A stretch of 59,294 nucleotides of DNA, counting the filler, from Globobulimina sp. (taxonomy: Eukaryota): NCBI GenBank assembly GCA_003354225.1. It is 7 parts of 7 records of this genome, joined end to end, with 100 filler letters (N's around TTAATTAATTAA, not from the genome) between each part and the next. Parts side by side here need not be neighbours in the genome. Positions count along the whole stretch, not along the records: positions 8,515 to 16,927 come from PIVH01000084.1; positions 17,028 to 25,437 come from PIVH01000085.1; 5 more parts are not named here. The stretch is one strand, 5' to 3'. The notes under the pieces were generated by a model that did not search any database, had not been told where the DNA came from, and was given only the letters and a program-made list of their open reading frames with translations. A program made the translations under genes and the position numbers. Of the stretch, positions 12,548 to 24,800 are shown piece by piece. Every line of letters begins with the position of its first letter. Within the stretch, counting starts at the first letter, position 1.

Positions 12548-14283
12548 GTAAAATAAAAGAAGTATCCAAAATTGACAAGGAATGTGCCGATTTACTCCAG
12601 AAATTGGTAGACCTTTGGGCCCATCCACCTAAAATACCCCCGCATTTTAACATAAATTTATTTGAGGATTACTTAAGCAACCACCCAAATGGAGGTATAG
12701 CAATTCAGTTTATTAAAGATGGATATCCTCTATGGCTAAAAAATCGTGACCCAACAAAATTGTCAAGAAATGTGTCAAATATTTGTAGAGATAAAAAGGA
12801 ACTAAAAGCAATTTTAACGCGAATGGTAAAAGAGGCACAAAAAGGTTATATCACAACCACTCATAAACAACTACATTATAATTTGAATTTATTATGTGTA
12901 CCAAAGCGTAACAACGAGACTAAACTACTCACAGAAATACGCGTTGCACGTCATGGTTCCTATAGTACACGACGTACAGTTGCAATAAATGAGTTGGTTG
13001 ACAAAGCACAATGTAAAATGCCAACTTTACCAAATATCCGACAATATATCAATTTGCTTTTACAATATAAATATGTTTCTTTGAGAGATTTAAAAGACGC
13101 TTTCCGACAATTAAACCTAGCATCTGCCGATTCTGACTATATACAATATTGTATTTTTGGTCTAAGTTTTAGGGATCTACGGCAAGCATATGGTTTAGCC
13201 TCAGCAGCAGCAAATTGTCAACACTTTGCACAAATTTTAATATGGATTTTAGAAAACAAATATTTAAATTTTGATCAACGGAATCGGATTTTAGTACACA
13301 TTGATGATTTTATTTTAGCTGCAAATAGTGAGGAAGAGGCACTTGAGATGGCAATGAGATTCGATTTAATGTGTAAACAACTACACGTAAATGTTTCTCA
13401 TGAAAAGGATGAAAATGCAATTCAAAAAGGTATAGTACATGGTTTCGGATTTGATTTAAATACGAAACATGTTTTTATACCAAAGCATAAGTTTGAGGAA
13501 TTAGTAAAGGCCCTCATTTGGATTATTCAGTATCGCTATGCATCAGGACATGCTTTAGAATCAATTTGCGGTAAAATGATGCATTGGGCACAGTTACGAA
13601 AACCCGCAAAAGTACTATGTTATAGATTGCTAAAAATGATACATGAAAGAATCCGAATGCATAAAAGATTGAAGAATAAAATATTTTGGATACCAGATTT
13701 AATTGTACAGGATTTCAAGTTCTGGCTAAGCTATGCCAACTTTATGAGAATTGTTACCATGCAATCAGTTATAAATCAACCTTCGATAACAATTACAGGT
13801 GCAACAGACGCAAGCAGTGAAGGTGGTGGTTTTATCATTGGTAAACACTACGCTTGCTACAGATTTTTGGATACAATCAATGCGGAAGGAATGAACCATA
13901 GGAATATGTCCATAAACTACCAAGAGGCCCATGCCGTAATTATGTTAATTCACAATTACAAATCGTTTCTAACTGGCCATAAATTATTATTGTACATTGA
14001 TAATACTTCAGTGTTATTTAGTATGTACAAACACTGGGCGGGAAGCAATAAATTAATGGAATACATCCAAGAGATAGTACTGTTAATGTGTACATTTTGC
14101 ATTGATATTCACGTTGAATTCATACCATCAAAATTCAATGGTTTAGCAGATGCTTTATCCAGATTTGAGATGGATCGGTTTTATCAAATTGTCGATAATT
14201 TCAACTTATCGATCAATAGATATCCCTCAAAGTTGAATTATTATCCAAATCTACCATTATTAAACGGTTCATATGACTTTTAA
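12548..14283 (+). CDS. Reverse transcriptase-RNase H of element 1 (no ATG near start; begins at splice acceptor)
   Basis: VPK..R, DLKDAFRQL, AYGLASAA, VHIDD; DIRS-type RNase H TDAS..INYQEAHA..YIDN..NGLADALSR. Confidence 0.9.
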
Positions 14284-14422
14284 GAACGTGCACAAACAGT
14301 TCCCATGATTCAAGCAGATTTTAGGAGGACTAGAAAATTTTTCTTTGGACTAACTCTTTTTTCCTTGAATTATTTTCAGATTGAGAAACGTTTCCATAAC
14401 ATATGATGTGTTTTAATTTCAG

Positions 14423-15729
14423 GTTTAACATCGCAAGCATTATGGGAAGATTCAATGTCCAGAGCAGATCCTGCAACAACTGAACGAATTTTGAGAGACA
14501 CTTTCAGATCGAAACGGATAACCACAAAATCAAATTACGTCTCAGTTTTAAAAGATTGGTGGGGATATTGTGTAGAACGAGGGAGAGACCCCTTCACCAA
14601 ATATATTGATCCAAGATTAGCAATTTATTGGCAATACGATAGATGCCACAGATTAGGATCATGTAATTCACACTCAACATGGTCAGCAGCTTTATCTTGG
14701 TGGACAAAATCGTGTGGTGGCGAGCCAAGGTATTTAGAGAATGGATTCTATGATACAATCCATAAACAAATGGTCAAATTATATTCAAAACCCAGAGCAG
14801 TAAGGCTACCAATCAGAATACATTGGATTGTAAATTATTTAAAATCACTAAATATAACACCAGAAACGTGGCAGATTTGCCCCTTGAATGATTTAACAAA
14901 AGCCTTTCTAATCACAATGGGATTTTTTACCATAAGTAGACCAGCTGAATTACTCTATACTGATAGCACCGAAAACAAAGAATGGGAAGTTATCACAACT
15001 GGCCTACGTTGGGGAGATATCACAAAACATAACACCAATAAACCATATATTCGGCGATATTTAAAATTGATAATTTATTGGTATAAAAACCAAGAATTCC
15101 GCGATACTCCGAAAGAAATATATATGGCTCCACCTATATGTAATAATGCTGATAAATGTCATTGCAAATATTTGGATTTTTATGCAATGTATAAGGTTTT
15201 ATTAAGGAGAAGAAAATTAATTTATAGACAACTTATACAAAAACGCAAACAAAACAAAGGCAAACTTAGCAAAAAATTAGCAAAACAAATATCAAATTTA
15301 AACACAACAAAATTCAATTATATATTTGTGAGTAGTGAGGGAGTTGTATGGCGACCGGCACATTTAGCAAAAATCATGAAACATTTTACAAAAACACTTA
15401 AATTGAAGAATCCAACAGCTTTCCCTCCATACAGCATACGTATAGGCGCAGTTTCATTATGTAACCAGCAAAATATTGATTTATTAAAAGTCCTTAGATT
15501 CGTAGTTTGGTCTGTAAAAAATTTACCGCATGTTTCCAATCGTTATATTTTGTTTACCATCAAAGATTTGAGAATCGTTCCTTTTGAAATGATACACGGC
15601 CGTAATCGACCAGGAAGAGCGAATATTGATAACAGCAATGGTAAATTAGTAACATTTAATATTTGGGAGAGCAATGCGAGCCGACAATTCTTTGCATCAA
15701 CAATATCGGAGATTGAATCGGATCCATAA
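14423..15729 (+). CDS. Tyrosine recombinase of element 1
   Basis: SRPAEL (R), WYKNQ (K), YSIRIGA, W, SNRYI (Y). The open frame extends upstream of ATG 14455 to acceptor tttcag at 14422. Confidence 0.85.
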
Positions 15730-16076
15730 ACGAATTGAATGACCAATTGACTTTTACTTGCGGTTCCATGACAACACCACACGTTTTGACGAAAAGACTA
15801 AGACTCAGAAAACTAAAAACCAAAAAACACGTTTCACGACACACAGGGACACACGGGAAGGTGATTTATTTATAATTTACAAATTAGTTTAATTATATAT
15901 TATATTTAAATCAATTCGGAGAATGAAGTTTCTGATACTTTATATTTCCGGAGTTTTACCCCGAAAGAATATCAGTTTGTGTCGTGGAATGCATGGTTAA
16001 ATGAACAGAGTTCAATTCTCTGTCGTTCCCCAGAATGGTCTTTATCTTTGGAGAATATTTTTGGGAACAATCATTT

Positions 16077-16830
16077 TAATATTGCTTACATTTAACACTT
16101 CAATGGATGAGCGTGCGCCTAATGGATAAGCATCATCCCATCCACATATGGCATATAATTGTTGCTGATGAACAATGCATGACAAATCTGTCCGGAAAGC
16201 TTGCATATTGGTCACATTCGAAAGCCATGAAAATGAGGAAAGATTAAGTATTTGCAAATAGTTCAACGAATAAGGAAATTGATCAGAATATCCACCCACA
16301 ACAAATAAATATGCATGGTAACCGTCATTGGTTGAAGCCAAACAGCCGCCGGCATCAATATCAGTGACAGTGGATACTGCTTTCGGTATCGTTGGAATTA
16401 TAGTGGTTGGAGAAATTAAGCGTAGAAATCTCGAATCTGTTTATTTTGCTCCCCAATGGATCAATAATCCATAGAATGTTATCCAATGCTGTGTAATATT
16501 GAGGGTCGCCATACACTGCATTTGTTAAGTATGTAGAGCCGTGATCAATAAATGAATCATTATTCAGATTAAATTGAACAAGCTGTCTATTATCAGGGTA
16601 TCCGCCAAGTAAATAAATGACATCGTTAGCTGTATCATATGCGACAGCCATTGAATGTGCAGCTCTTGGTAAGAAGGAATTTGTTCCTGCAGTCCAATTT
16701 CCATCATACGAATAATTTATCGCAATTGTAACTTGACAAAATTACAAGAGTGTGACAATGTTATTTAATAGAATATAGATGTTTAACTTTGTTCCAATGA
16801 TAAGAAAACGGACAAAAATAAATACTCCAT
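16077..16830 (-). pseudogene. Secreted kelch/beta-propeller repeat protein, frameshifted and 3'-truncated
   Basis: Kelch-like motifs LPRAAHSMAVAYD..IYLLGG, YLFVVGG, LYAICG. Frameshift near 16400 between ORFs 16361..16651 and 16042..16341. Repeat pattern stops at ~16077 against the end of element 1. Confidence 0.6.
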
Positions 16831-16927
16831 GCAAGAATACTAAAGTTTTATTTATCTTTGATCTTTTTATAAAATAAATAGAGATAATATGCTGTATGCA
16901 ATCCTTATATTTGGTATTTTGTTTGGT

Positions 16928-17027
16928 NNNNNNNNNNNNNNNNNNNNNNNNNNNNNNNNNNNNNNNNNNNNTTAATTAATTAANNNNNNNNNNNNNNNNN
17001 NNNNNNNNNNNNNNNNNNNNNNNNNNN
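16928..17027. other. Artificial contig spacer
   Basis: N44-TTAATTAATTAA-N44. Confidence 0.98.
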
Positions 17028-17153
17028 AAGTAGGGAACACTAAATAAATAGTATACACAAAACAAGGATATAGGCCCTTTTATTTGGGGTTGAGGCCAAT
17101 GAACAAAGGTAAATAAAAATATTTGAAACTAGTACATAAGTACAATAGTTTCC

Positions 17154-20100
17154 TTAATCCGAAACTTTCGGAGATAAATTCATTAGGTCCACTTGGTACA
17201 GGTAACTGAATCTCTTTGTTTCTTTTACAAATTGAAGAAGTTTTTTCCAGATTCCAACTTGAGTCAAAATATCTAGTTCCTTCTCAATGTCTGGAGGTCG
17301 TCGGATGTTATATGGATAGAACAACTCATCTAAATAGAGGAGTCCTCCATTTCTGAAACAGATCCAGATTGTTTGAAGCGAATTAATTAATCGTTGTCGT
17401 TGGTGGATATAATTAGGGCAAACGCTGAAATAATGCGATATCGTCTCTCTTTTATTTAGGTTGCATTTATTACAATTTGGTGACTGAATTATTGACTTAT
17501 CGGTATCTGTAAATTTATGCTTATACAAGAAATTATTCAATTCAATATGGCCAGAAACAATTCTATTAAGCATGGCTGATTCATCTTTATTTAGATATTT
17601 GACTATTTTATTTAGTTTATTATGGAGGGTTGGGTTCGCGCAGTACATTTTATAGCTGTCTTGTGAGGATCGCGTATTTCTGTGCGCCCATTGATCACTC
17701 CATTGGAATCTAATCTGTTTATGCAATTGCGTAATGGTGGTATTGTAGGATATTTCTGTAAATAAGTTTGGGTCAAATCTTGTATGTTTTGCGGCAAAAT
17801 TGGCCAATCTATCCACTTCATCATTGAATTCATTATTATTATGTGATTTAATTTTAATAAATGATATAAAAACGTTTGGTTTATTATGTTGGATTTGTAA
17901 TAATTTAATAAATATATTTTCAATTATTATCTTTGTTTCATTATATCGCGGGAAATTAAAACCATTTATGAATTGAAGAGCAGGTAGATTATCAATGTAA
18001 ATTTTGTAATGAGCCAATAGATTATCTGGGCGATGTAATATATAATTTAATATCATATGTATCGCCTCAATCTCTGCTGTTGTTATCGTTACTGGAATCT
18101 TAAAATAATATTGTTGTTTGAAGGGATTTTTATGCGATGGTTGGGGAGGGATATAAATGGCAGAGCCTCCTTTTCCTGGATTGGGGTCACAAGAACCATC
18201 GGTAAATGCGATTGTTATTAAGTTATCAATGGGAGTTGTTGGGGTTGCTGCAGTTAGATTTACTGAATAATTTGTTGGGAAATCATTCAAATTATAGGTG
18301 GGCGAGGAAGTTATTTGTGTTTTAATCATTTTTTCAAAATTCTGAGTGAGAACTTTTATCTGTGAGTTCGTTTGGCAATAATTCGATGCAATTATTAATG
18401 GATTTTTGTTTAAGTTTACATATTTATTTGGTTTATTTTTATATTTCCTTCGATATTTATTATTTTGTATAATTTGTCGATATTTCGTTAAGGCACTGTA
18501 TGTTTTATGTAATGGGTGGTAATAATTATTGTAGTACACTCTGGCGAGCTGCCTCATGGTTAGGTAATGGGCTCTTTTCTCGATTGGCTCTATTTTTAGG
18601 ACAAATTGTAATATATCAATGGGCGAATCTAATCTGCACGGAATTGCCAATCGGAGGAATTTGTTTTGGAGGGTTCGTAATATATTCTTGGTATCATATG
18701 GAAAGTAGTGAGTTAATCCATATTCTATTCTGGATCTCGCTAATGATTTATATAAGATTGCAATCGATAATGGTGTCAATTTTATGCCCGATTTAATGGT
18801 AAAGTATAATCGCCAGTAACTACGCATCGTTTTCGCCTTTATTTTATCAAAATGTGCATGGAAATTAAGTTTCTCATCAAACCATAATCCAAGATAACGG
18901 GCTGAGTGTTCATATTGTATTTGATGAGTATGGATGTAATATTTACTTAATTTGGTTTGTTTCTTCGTAATTGGGTCATTCTTTATTGTATATTTAGGAT
19001 AGTATTGTATAGGATTGCTATGTGAAAAGTTCATGGAAGTACATTTTGATGGATTTATTAATAACTGCCATTTATCACACCATTGGCTGAAATTATTTAG
19101 TTCTTTTTGTAGGAATTTATATCGGATCGGATCTTTTGATCCGGGACTGGTCCAAAAAGCGGTATCATCCGCAAAACAGGCAAAGTGAACAAAATTTGGA
19201 TGGCTTATTGTAAAATCATTTGTAAAAAGTATGTATAGGATAGGGGAGAGAGCTGAGCCTTGAGGCACTCCAATTGGTTGTGCTACCCAATTTGACTCTG
19301 CTTTTTTGGCGATAACCTTTGTAAATCTGGATTGGATAAAGGATGCCAATACATTTAGTATATTGCCTTTAATATTATTTTTAATTAATTTATATATTAA
19401 GCCATTATGCCATACACTATCATATGCTTTAGAGAAGTCCGTAAATACAACATCAGTATCACTGACCATATCAAACGAAGTTTGTATGTCAGTGATAAAA
19501 GTCGTAAGTACGTCATCACAGCATCTATTTATTTGGAATCCGCATTGGTAATTATCAAAGATTTTATTCTCTACACAGAAGTGTTGGAGTCTGTTAGCTA
19601 GGACTTTCTCAAAAACCCTTCCAAGGCAAGAGGATATTGCAATGGGTCTGTAGTTCTTTGGATTACTATGATCTTTGTAAGGCTTTGGGATTGGTAGAAG
19701 GTGTGAGAAGTTCCAATATCCCGGGAACACACCATTAGTCAAACAGTTATTAAACAGCGGGAGGACAGTATCAATCAAAACTTCTCCTCCATGCTTTATC
19801 ATTTGGTTATGAACTCTGTCGGGACCGTACGCTTTATGTGTATCTAGGTTCCGTATAACAGAGCGAATCTCATATTTAAGGATTGGATCATTCAATATTT
19901 GGTATTTATTGTTCGTTATTAGAATATCAGTATCAATTTGTGATGGTGTTGGGATTCGGGACTGTTCATTATAGTTTAATTTATCTTGCATTATATTGTT
20001 TAAATCATTTGGATTATTTATAGGGTTATTTCTATGGTTTGTTAGGTATTCTGGGACATATTTATTGATATATTTATGCCAATTTTCATGTATTTGGTTG

Positions 20101-21470
20101 GATTTGGGCTTTGGAGGTCTCGTCATAGCCTCTTGGAGGACCTTCGCCTGTTTGACAGGATTTATTATATTTTGTTCATTCTTAAAGTTTAATGGAGGGA
20201 TATTATTTGTGGATATATCATTGGATTTATTACTGTTTATGGTGCGCCAAAATCGTCTGCCATAATCTTTGCATGTCTGGATATATTTATTTATACGTAT
20301 ATTATAGTCATTTTTCGCAGTTTTTATGGCATTACATTTATTGGATTGGATTCTATTCAGTCGGCGTTTTAGTGCAATGTACCTTGGGAATAGGTGGAAA
20401 TCCGTCAATTTCCGCTTTGCGTTTTTCTTAATTCGTTGGATTCTTCTCCTCAATCTTTTGCATCTTTTTTTCAGTTTTTTTATTTTATTATTCCACCACG
20501 GTTTGTGGCCTCTGTAGTAGTGTTTGTATCCAATTGTTTGTTCTGCTGTATATAAAATAAGATATGTTAGTTGTTGAGTGTGGATGTTTGGGTTTGTGTC
20601 AAATATAGTTTCTTTTATATTCGTTTCTAGTGTTTCCGTGTATTTGGCCCACTTTCTCTGATCTGAGAGGTTCCAGGTTTTCTTTGTCTCACTGAAACCA
20701 AAAACATTCTCTATTTCAAAGGTGGTGATAATGGGCACGTGGTCTGAACAGATTGGGTCATATAGCGAGTGGAGGATAGACCATTTAGTATGTTTTAATT
20801 GATTGGATATTAATGTTAAGTCAATGGAGGATTCAGTTTTATAGGATTTATGGATGTGTGTGAATGATGGATTATTAACATTCAGTATTTGCATTCCGAG
20901 GAAATCTAAAGCATCTACAAAGTTATTGGACTCTGTGGTTGATTTTTTGCTGCCCCATATCACATTTGGTATATTAAAGTCGCCAGCAATTATGTTTTTG
21001 GATACATTTAATGGATATCCAAAAAGTTGATCAATGTTTGGGTTTCTGGGGCAATTATATAATGAATGGACACCAATATCTTCCTCGCCACAGTGTAATA
21101 TCACACTGGTTATGTGGCAGTTTCTCGTTCTGTCATCATGGTTGTAGTTTGGCGGGGAGCTCAATGGTGTAACTAATAAGGTTTCTCGGTACAGAATTGC
21201 TGTTTCTGTGCCGGTATAATGGACTTTATATTTAGGAAAGTATTTAATGGGGAAATGGATTGCGTGGGATTTATTATTTTTGTCTATGTATGTGGAATTC
21301 TTTGGATTTACCGCATATCGTAATGTGGCACTCCATTCCTGAAGTAGTAGGAAGTCAATTTGTTTGGAGCACATCATTTGGTATATTTTATAGCATTTCG
21401 CTTCTTGAGACATATTTGAAGGATTTATCATCCCATTTATGTTATATTGTAATATGTTATATTTTACCAT
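17154..21470 (-). CDS. LINE ORF2: APE endonuclease, RT, RNase H, C-terminal CCHC (1438 aa, intact)
   Basis: QYNING/LLLQE/GDFN/IDLT/SDH; GPD, YRPIA, DFSKAYDSV, GVPQGSALSP, FADD, YLG; FTDGS..AEIEAI..IDN..KSH..NDEVDRLA; CNKC..ETISHYFSVC. Confidence 0.95.
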   Translation of the reverse strand: MVKYNILQYNINGMINPSNMSQEAKCYKIYQMMCSKQIDFLLLQEWSATLRYAVNPKNSTYIDKNNKSHAIHFPIKYFPKYKVHYTGTETAILYRETLLVTPLSSPPNYNHDDRTRNCHITSVILHCGEEDIGVHSLYNCPRNPNIDQLFGYPLNVSKNIIAGDFNIPNVIWGSKKSTTESNNFVDALDFLGMQILNVNNPSFTHIHKSYKTESSIDLTLISNQLKHTKWSILHSLYDPICSDHVPIITTFEIENVFGFSETKKTWNLSDQRKWAKYTETLETNIKETIFDTNPNIHTQQLTYLILYTAEQTIGYKHYYRGHKPWWNNKIKKLKKRCKRLRRRIQRIKKNAKRKLTDFHLFPRYIALKRRLNRIQSNKCNAIKTAKNDYNIRINKYIQTCKDYGRRFWRTINSNKSNDISTNNIPPLNFKNEQNIINPVKQAKVLQEAMTRPPKPKSNQIHENWHKYINKYVPEYLTNHRNNPINNPNDLNNIMQDKLNYNEQSRIPTPSQIDTDILITNNKYQILNDPILKYEIRSVIRNLDTHKAYGPDRVHNQMIKHGGEVLIDTVLPLFNNCLTNGVFPGYWNFSHLLPIPKPYKDHSNPKNYRPIAISSCLGRVFEKVLANRLQHFCVENKIFDNYQCGFQINRCCDDVLTTFITDIQTSFDMVSDTDVVFTDFSKAYDSVWHNGLIYKLIKNNIKGNILNVLASFIQSRFTKVIAKKAESNWVAQPIGVPQGSALSPILYILFTNDFTISHPNFVHFACFADDTAFWTSPGSKDPIRYKFLQKELNNFSQWCDKWQLLINPSKCTSMNFSHSNPIQYYPKYTIKNDPITKKQTKLSKYYIHTHQIQYEHSARYLGLWFDEKLNFHAHFDKIKAKTMRSYWRLYFTIKSGIKLTPLSIAILYKSLARSRIEYGLTHYFPYDTKNILRTLQNKFLRLAIPCRLDSPIDILQFVLKIEPIEKRAHYLTMRQLARVYYNNYYHPLHKTYSALTKYRQIIQNNKYRRKYKNKPNKYVNLNKNPLIIASNYCQTNSQIKVLTQNFEKMIKTQITSSPTYNLNDFPTNYSVNLTAATPTTPIDNLITIAFTDGSCDPNPGKGGSAIYIPPQPSHKNPFKQQYYFKIPVTITTAEIEAIHMILNYILHRPDNLLAHYKIYIDNLPALQFINGFNFPRYNETKIIIENIFIKLLQIQHNKPNVFISFIKIKSHNNNEFNDEVDRLANFAAKHTRFDPNLFTEISYNTTITQLHKQIRFQWSDQWAHRNTRSSQDSYKMYCANPTLHNKLNKIVKYLNKDESAMLNRIVSGHIELNNFLYKHKFTDTDKSIIQSPNCNKCNLNKRETISHYFSVCPNYIHQRQRLINSLQTIWICFRNGGLLYLDELFYPYNIRRPPDIEKELDILTQVGIWKKLLQFVKETKRFSYLYQVDLMNLSPKVSD

Positions 21471-21895
21471 TTAGGTTTTGTGGATTCTGTCTTTTTAGGG
21501 GGAGCGTTCTAAATTGTGTTGAAAAGTCAGTCTGTGCTTCTAAGCCAAAACAAAAATGCAATTCTAATTGAATTATTGTAAGAAATTGTTTACATTCTGG
21601 GGAGTTATTGAAAAAATAAAAAGGTAGAAAAGTAGAGTATTCTATTATTATCATCAGATTGCAAAGAAATAAAATCTCAAAGTGCGAATCCGAAATAACA
21701 GAATGGTCTCTGTCTTTAATCAAACCAAACACATTCATGTCGGCGTAATATAAAAAGGAAAGGACTGAGCAGAGAATTATAATTAATGCAGAAATAATTA
21801 GCAGGAAATTAATAAATGGGGGATATATTTACATAAAATATTCGTAGGATCTCGGTTGGTTGGAATTCTTTTATTGTTTACTTTTTTTAATCTTA

Positions 21896-24800
21896 TCATT
21901 TATTTAAATTATTAATTAAAACATCATCTTTTTTCCGTCGGTTTTGCTTTTTTTTCTTTCTATTTCTGTTATTCTTAAACGGCAACTTATTTGCTGACGC
22001 ATTCTGACTATTTACTTTTGATAATTTATTTTCTAATACATTCACTCGAAAGGATGCCGCTTTATCGTTTTTGGATTGCATATAGTTTGGCATATTTGGT
22101 TTTTCTTGAACTGGATATAATTTTAATTTGGGAGGTTGGGGTTTACGTTGTTTCTTTCTCTTTACATTACTCACCGTATCAATATCCATCGCTGGCATCT
22201 CATCAAACGTATATAAGTCGGTATTTGTTGATTGGATGGCATTCATTATGGATGGTTGCAAATTATTTAGATCATTCGCAATTTCTTCATTTAATATCGA
22301 TAATAATGTGTTATCGACATACGGGTTGGCGACATATTGCTTATTCTGATTATTTATCTCACTATCAACCAATTCGATGTTTTTAATTTCATTAAATTCA
22401 ATGGTTTGCGATGAGGCGTCTTCAAAGTCTTCAGCGTTTAATCCATGTGTTGATAAATGATTTGTTGGCAAACTTATCGCATCGTTTTGGCATAATACAT
22501 TGGGTTGGATTGGGTCGGGGTTATTGTTGTTATTATCAATGATATCTGGGAGGGTTTGAGAGTTTGTCGCCGCCGCACTATAATTTTGTGGATAGGGCGT
22601 CTTATTTTCATTATCCAAGTCCAAGACAACCTGTTTTTTATTTGTATCTGTATTTGTATCAATCACTTTGTATAACTCCGATAGCTTTAGATTCGAATCA
22701 AATGTACAATTTATCAATTTATAATGATCCAAATTCTCAAAATTAATATCCCTCCAAATCGAATTAATATTATCCAAATTCTCACACATTTTCACCAAAT
22801 TAAATGAATCCGAACAAACTAAAATATTGAGAGTCCGAATATGTTTTGATTTGTGGCAACATAGACAACACTCTTCGTCTTTGTCGTCCATATCACAATC
22901 ACTGCCAAAATGACCCCATTGACCACATTTAATGCATTTAACGGACACAATACCATCGATTTCTTTTTCCATTTGTTTCTCAGTTATTTTGCCGGATTTA
23001 TATTTTTGTTTGATTTTATTTGTCTGTTTTCTGATATAATTCGCTTGTTCTTTGCATTTGGAATGGGGCACAAATTTCTTTCCGCACGCACATGTTTTAG
23101 ACAATGCAATATAATCTAAATACATATTGCTACGGAGTAATATCATATATTTCCGGATCGCACCAAATCTAAACTGCATTGCAGGGAATCCCAACGCTTC
23201 ATCGCCAACAATTAATTTCGGATTTATTCCATTCACTGTTATTGGAGTGACAAAAACATTTTTTTCTTCAAAAATAATATCAGATTTAAAAGGTTTGCGA
23301 TTATGATGTATACAATTATCAGCTGCGACAAACTCAACCATTCTCGTCCATTTCTCCGGTTTATACCACCACGGCAACGATAAATCACTGCCGGTTTCAT
23401 TGCTCATATGGAACAATGTGTTCCTACACCACCTTCTATTTTTAATTTTATTTGATATGATAATATCATCCGGTTTCACCACATATTTATCGATCAATTT
23501 TAATATGTCCATATACTGCAAATTAGCCTCATTCGTAATATCATCATACCATAAATCCGCATTTACAGATTCATCACTGTCTTCATCTGATTTCCTTTCT
23601 TTGTCTTCATTCATTGGAGTGGGACCGGCACGTTCTTCCTCTAACTCTTTTTTCGCTTTTTTCAATCGTTCTAATTTAATCTCATACGGTTTAATTAAGA
23701 ATAGCATCAACGGCGTATAGTCTATCTTCGACATATCATAATCGTTTCTCATCGCCCATTCAATTGTATACAGCAGAAATGTCGAATGGATATTCGCTGT
23801 AATTCTATTGTTTAAGATTCGATTCAATGAGTTATTATTCAAAATACGTAATGGCAAATTAAACAGGCACATATTCACAGGTCGTCATTGTAATCGCTTC
23901 TTGACATAAACAATTTCAATATCATTATGTAAATAGCGCGGGAATGGCACGTCCCAATCGAGATCCATTAACATTGATTCTGTGCTAGATCCAATTATCG
24001 GGTCCAAATGTAACATTGTTTTATTATTAATTACTATCGTCGATGGAATTAAGTGATGGATTACCAATCTATGCATTGGATGATGTGTGTTTGTATACTG
24101 ATATATAATTCTAATCGCTTTGGCGTAATCTGGGTGTCTGCCAATGATCAAATTCATGAATTTGCTCACTGGGCAGTAAATATTGAGAGAGTTTGTCGTC
24201 ACCATAACATTGCTGATATCGCAGCAATTCTCCACCTCCCAAATCTCACGGTATTCTCTTAAATCTACCGCCACTGCTTTCAAATTTACTTTATCTATAC
24301 GGCAATCCCATAATACACCGTTTTTTAATTCATATTTAACAAAAGCGTTGGTTCTCTTAATATTTTTAATTTGGTCCGCTACAATCTCAGATTTATTAAT
24401 TGGTTGCACTTCCTTTGGTTTGGTGGCTCTTTTCTTTCGCGGTCTTCTATGTGCAGGTTGGTGTCGTCTTGGATACATATTTAATTCCAATGACTCTTTG
24501 TCATTCTCAATAATCATAGGGAGCGTTGTATCCCCTCTGGTAAAAGTATTAAATGTGGACGGAGGGATCGCTGGGCTGACTTTTGATGGGTTAATATTAT
24601 CATTTCTTTCTATAGCGCACTGTTTCCAATCCGGTGCATAGAAATTCACGCCCATTTTTGTGATGACGTTAATATTATATTCCGCTGCGGGGTTATTCCA
24701 TTTTGGCGCTTGATTTGGTAATGTTACATCTTCTTTGAATAATACTTTAAATATATTCTTTCCTCTCATATCTAATGTGTCTTTCATGTAATATACTCTC

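Larger units (their letters stand above)
9010..16076 (+). mobile_element. Tyrosine-recombinase retrotransposon (DIRS/Ngaro-like), element 1
   Basis: gag-like ORF with Cys/His finger, RT-RNase H and YR in the same orientation; no methyltransferase domain seen. Left end is approximate; right end is inferred from the junction with a truncated host gene. Confidence 0.88.

Noticed and set aside
12548-15729. Prokaryotic RT system (retron, DGR) or phage integrase
   Set aside because: DIRS-type RNase H, a gag zinc finger, splice signals and eukaryotic flanks identify a YR retrotransposon. No template/variable repeat pair or msr/msd was seen.
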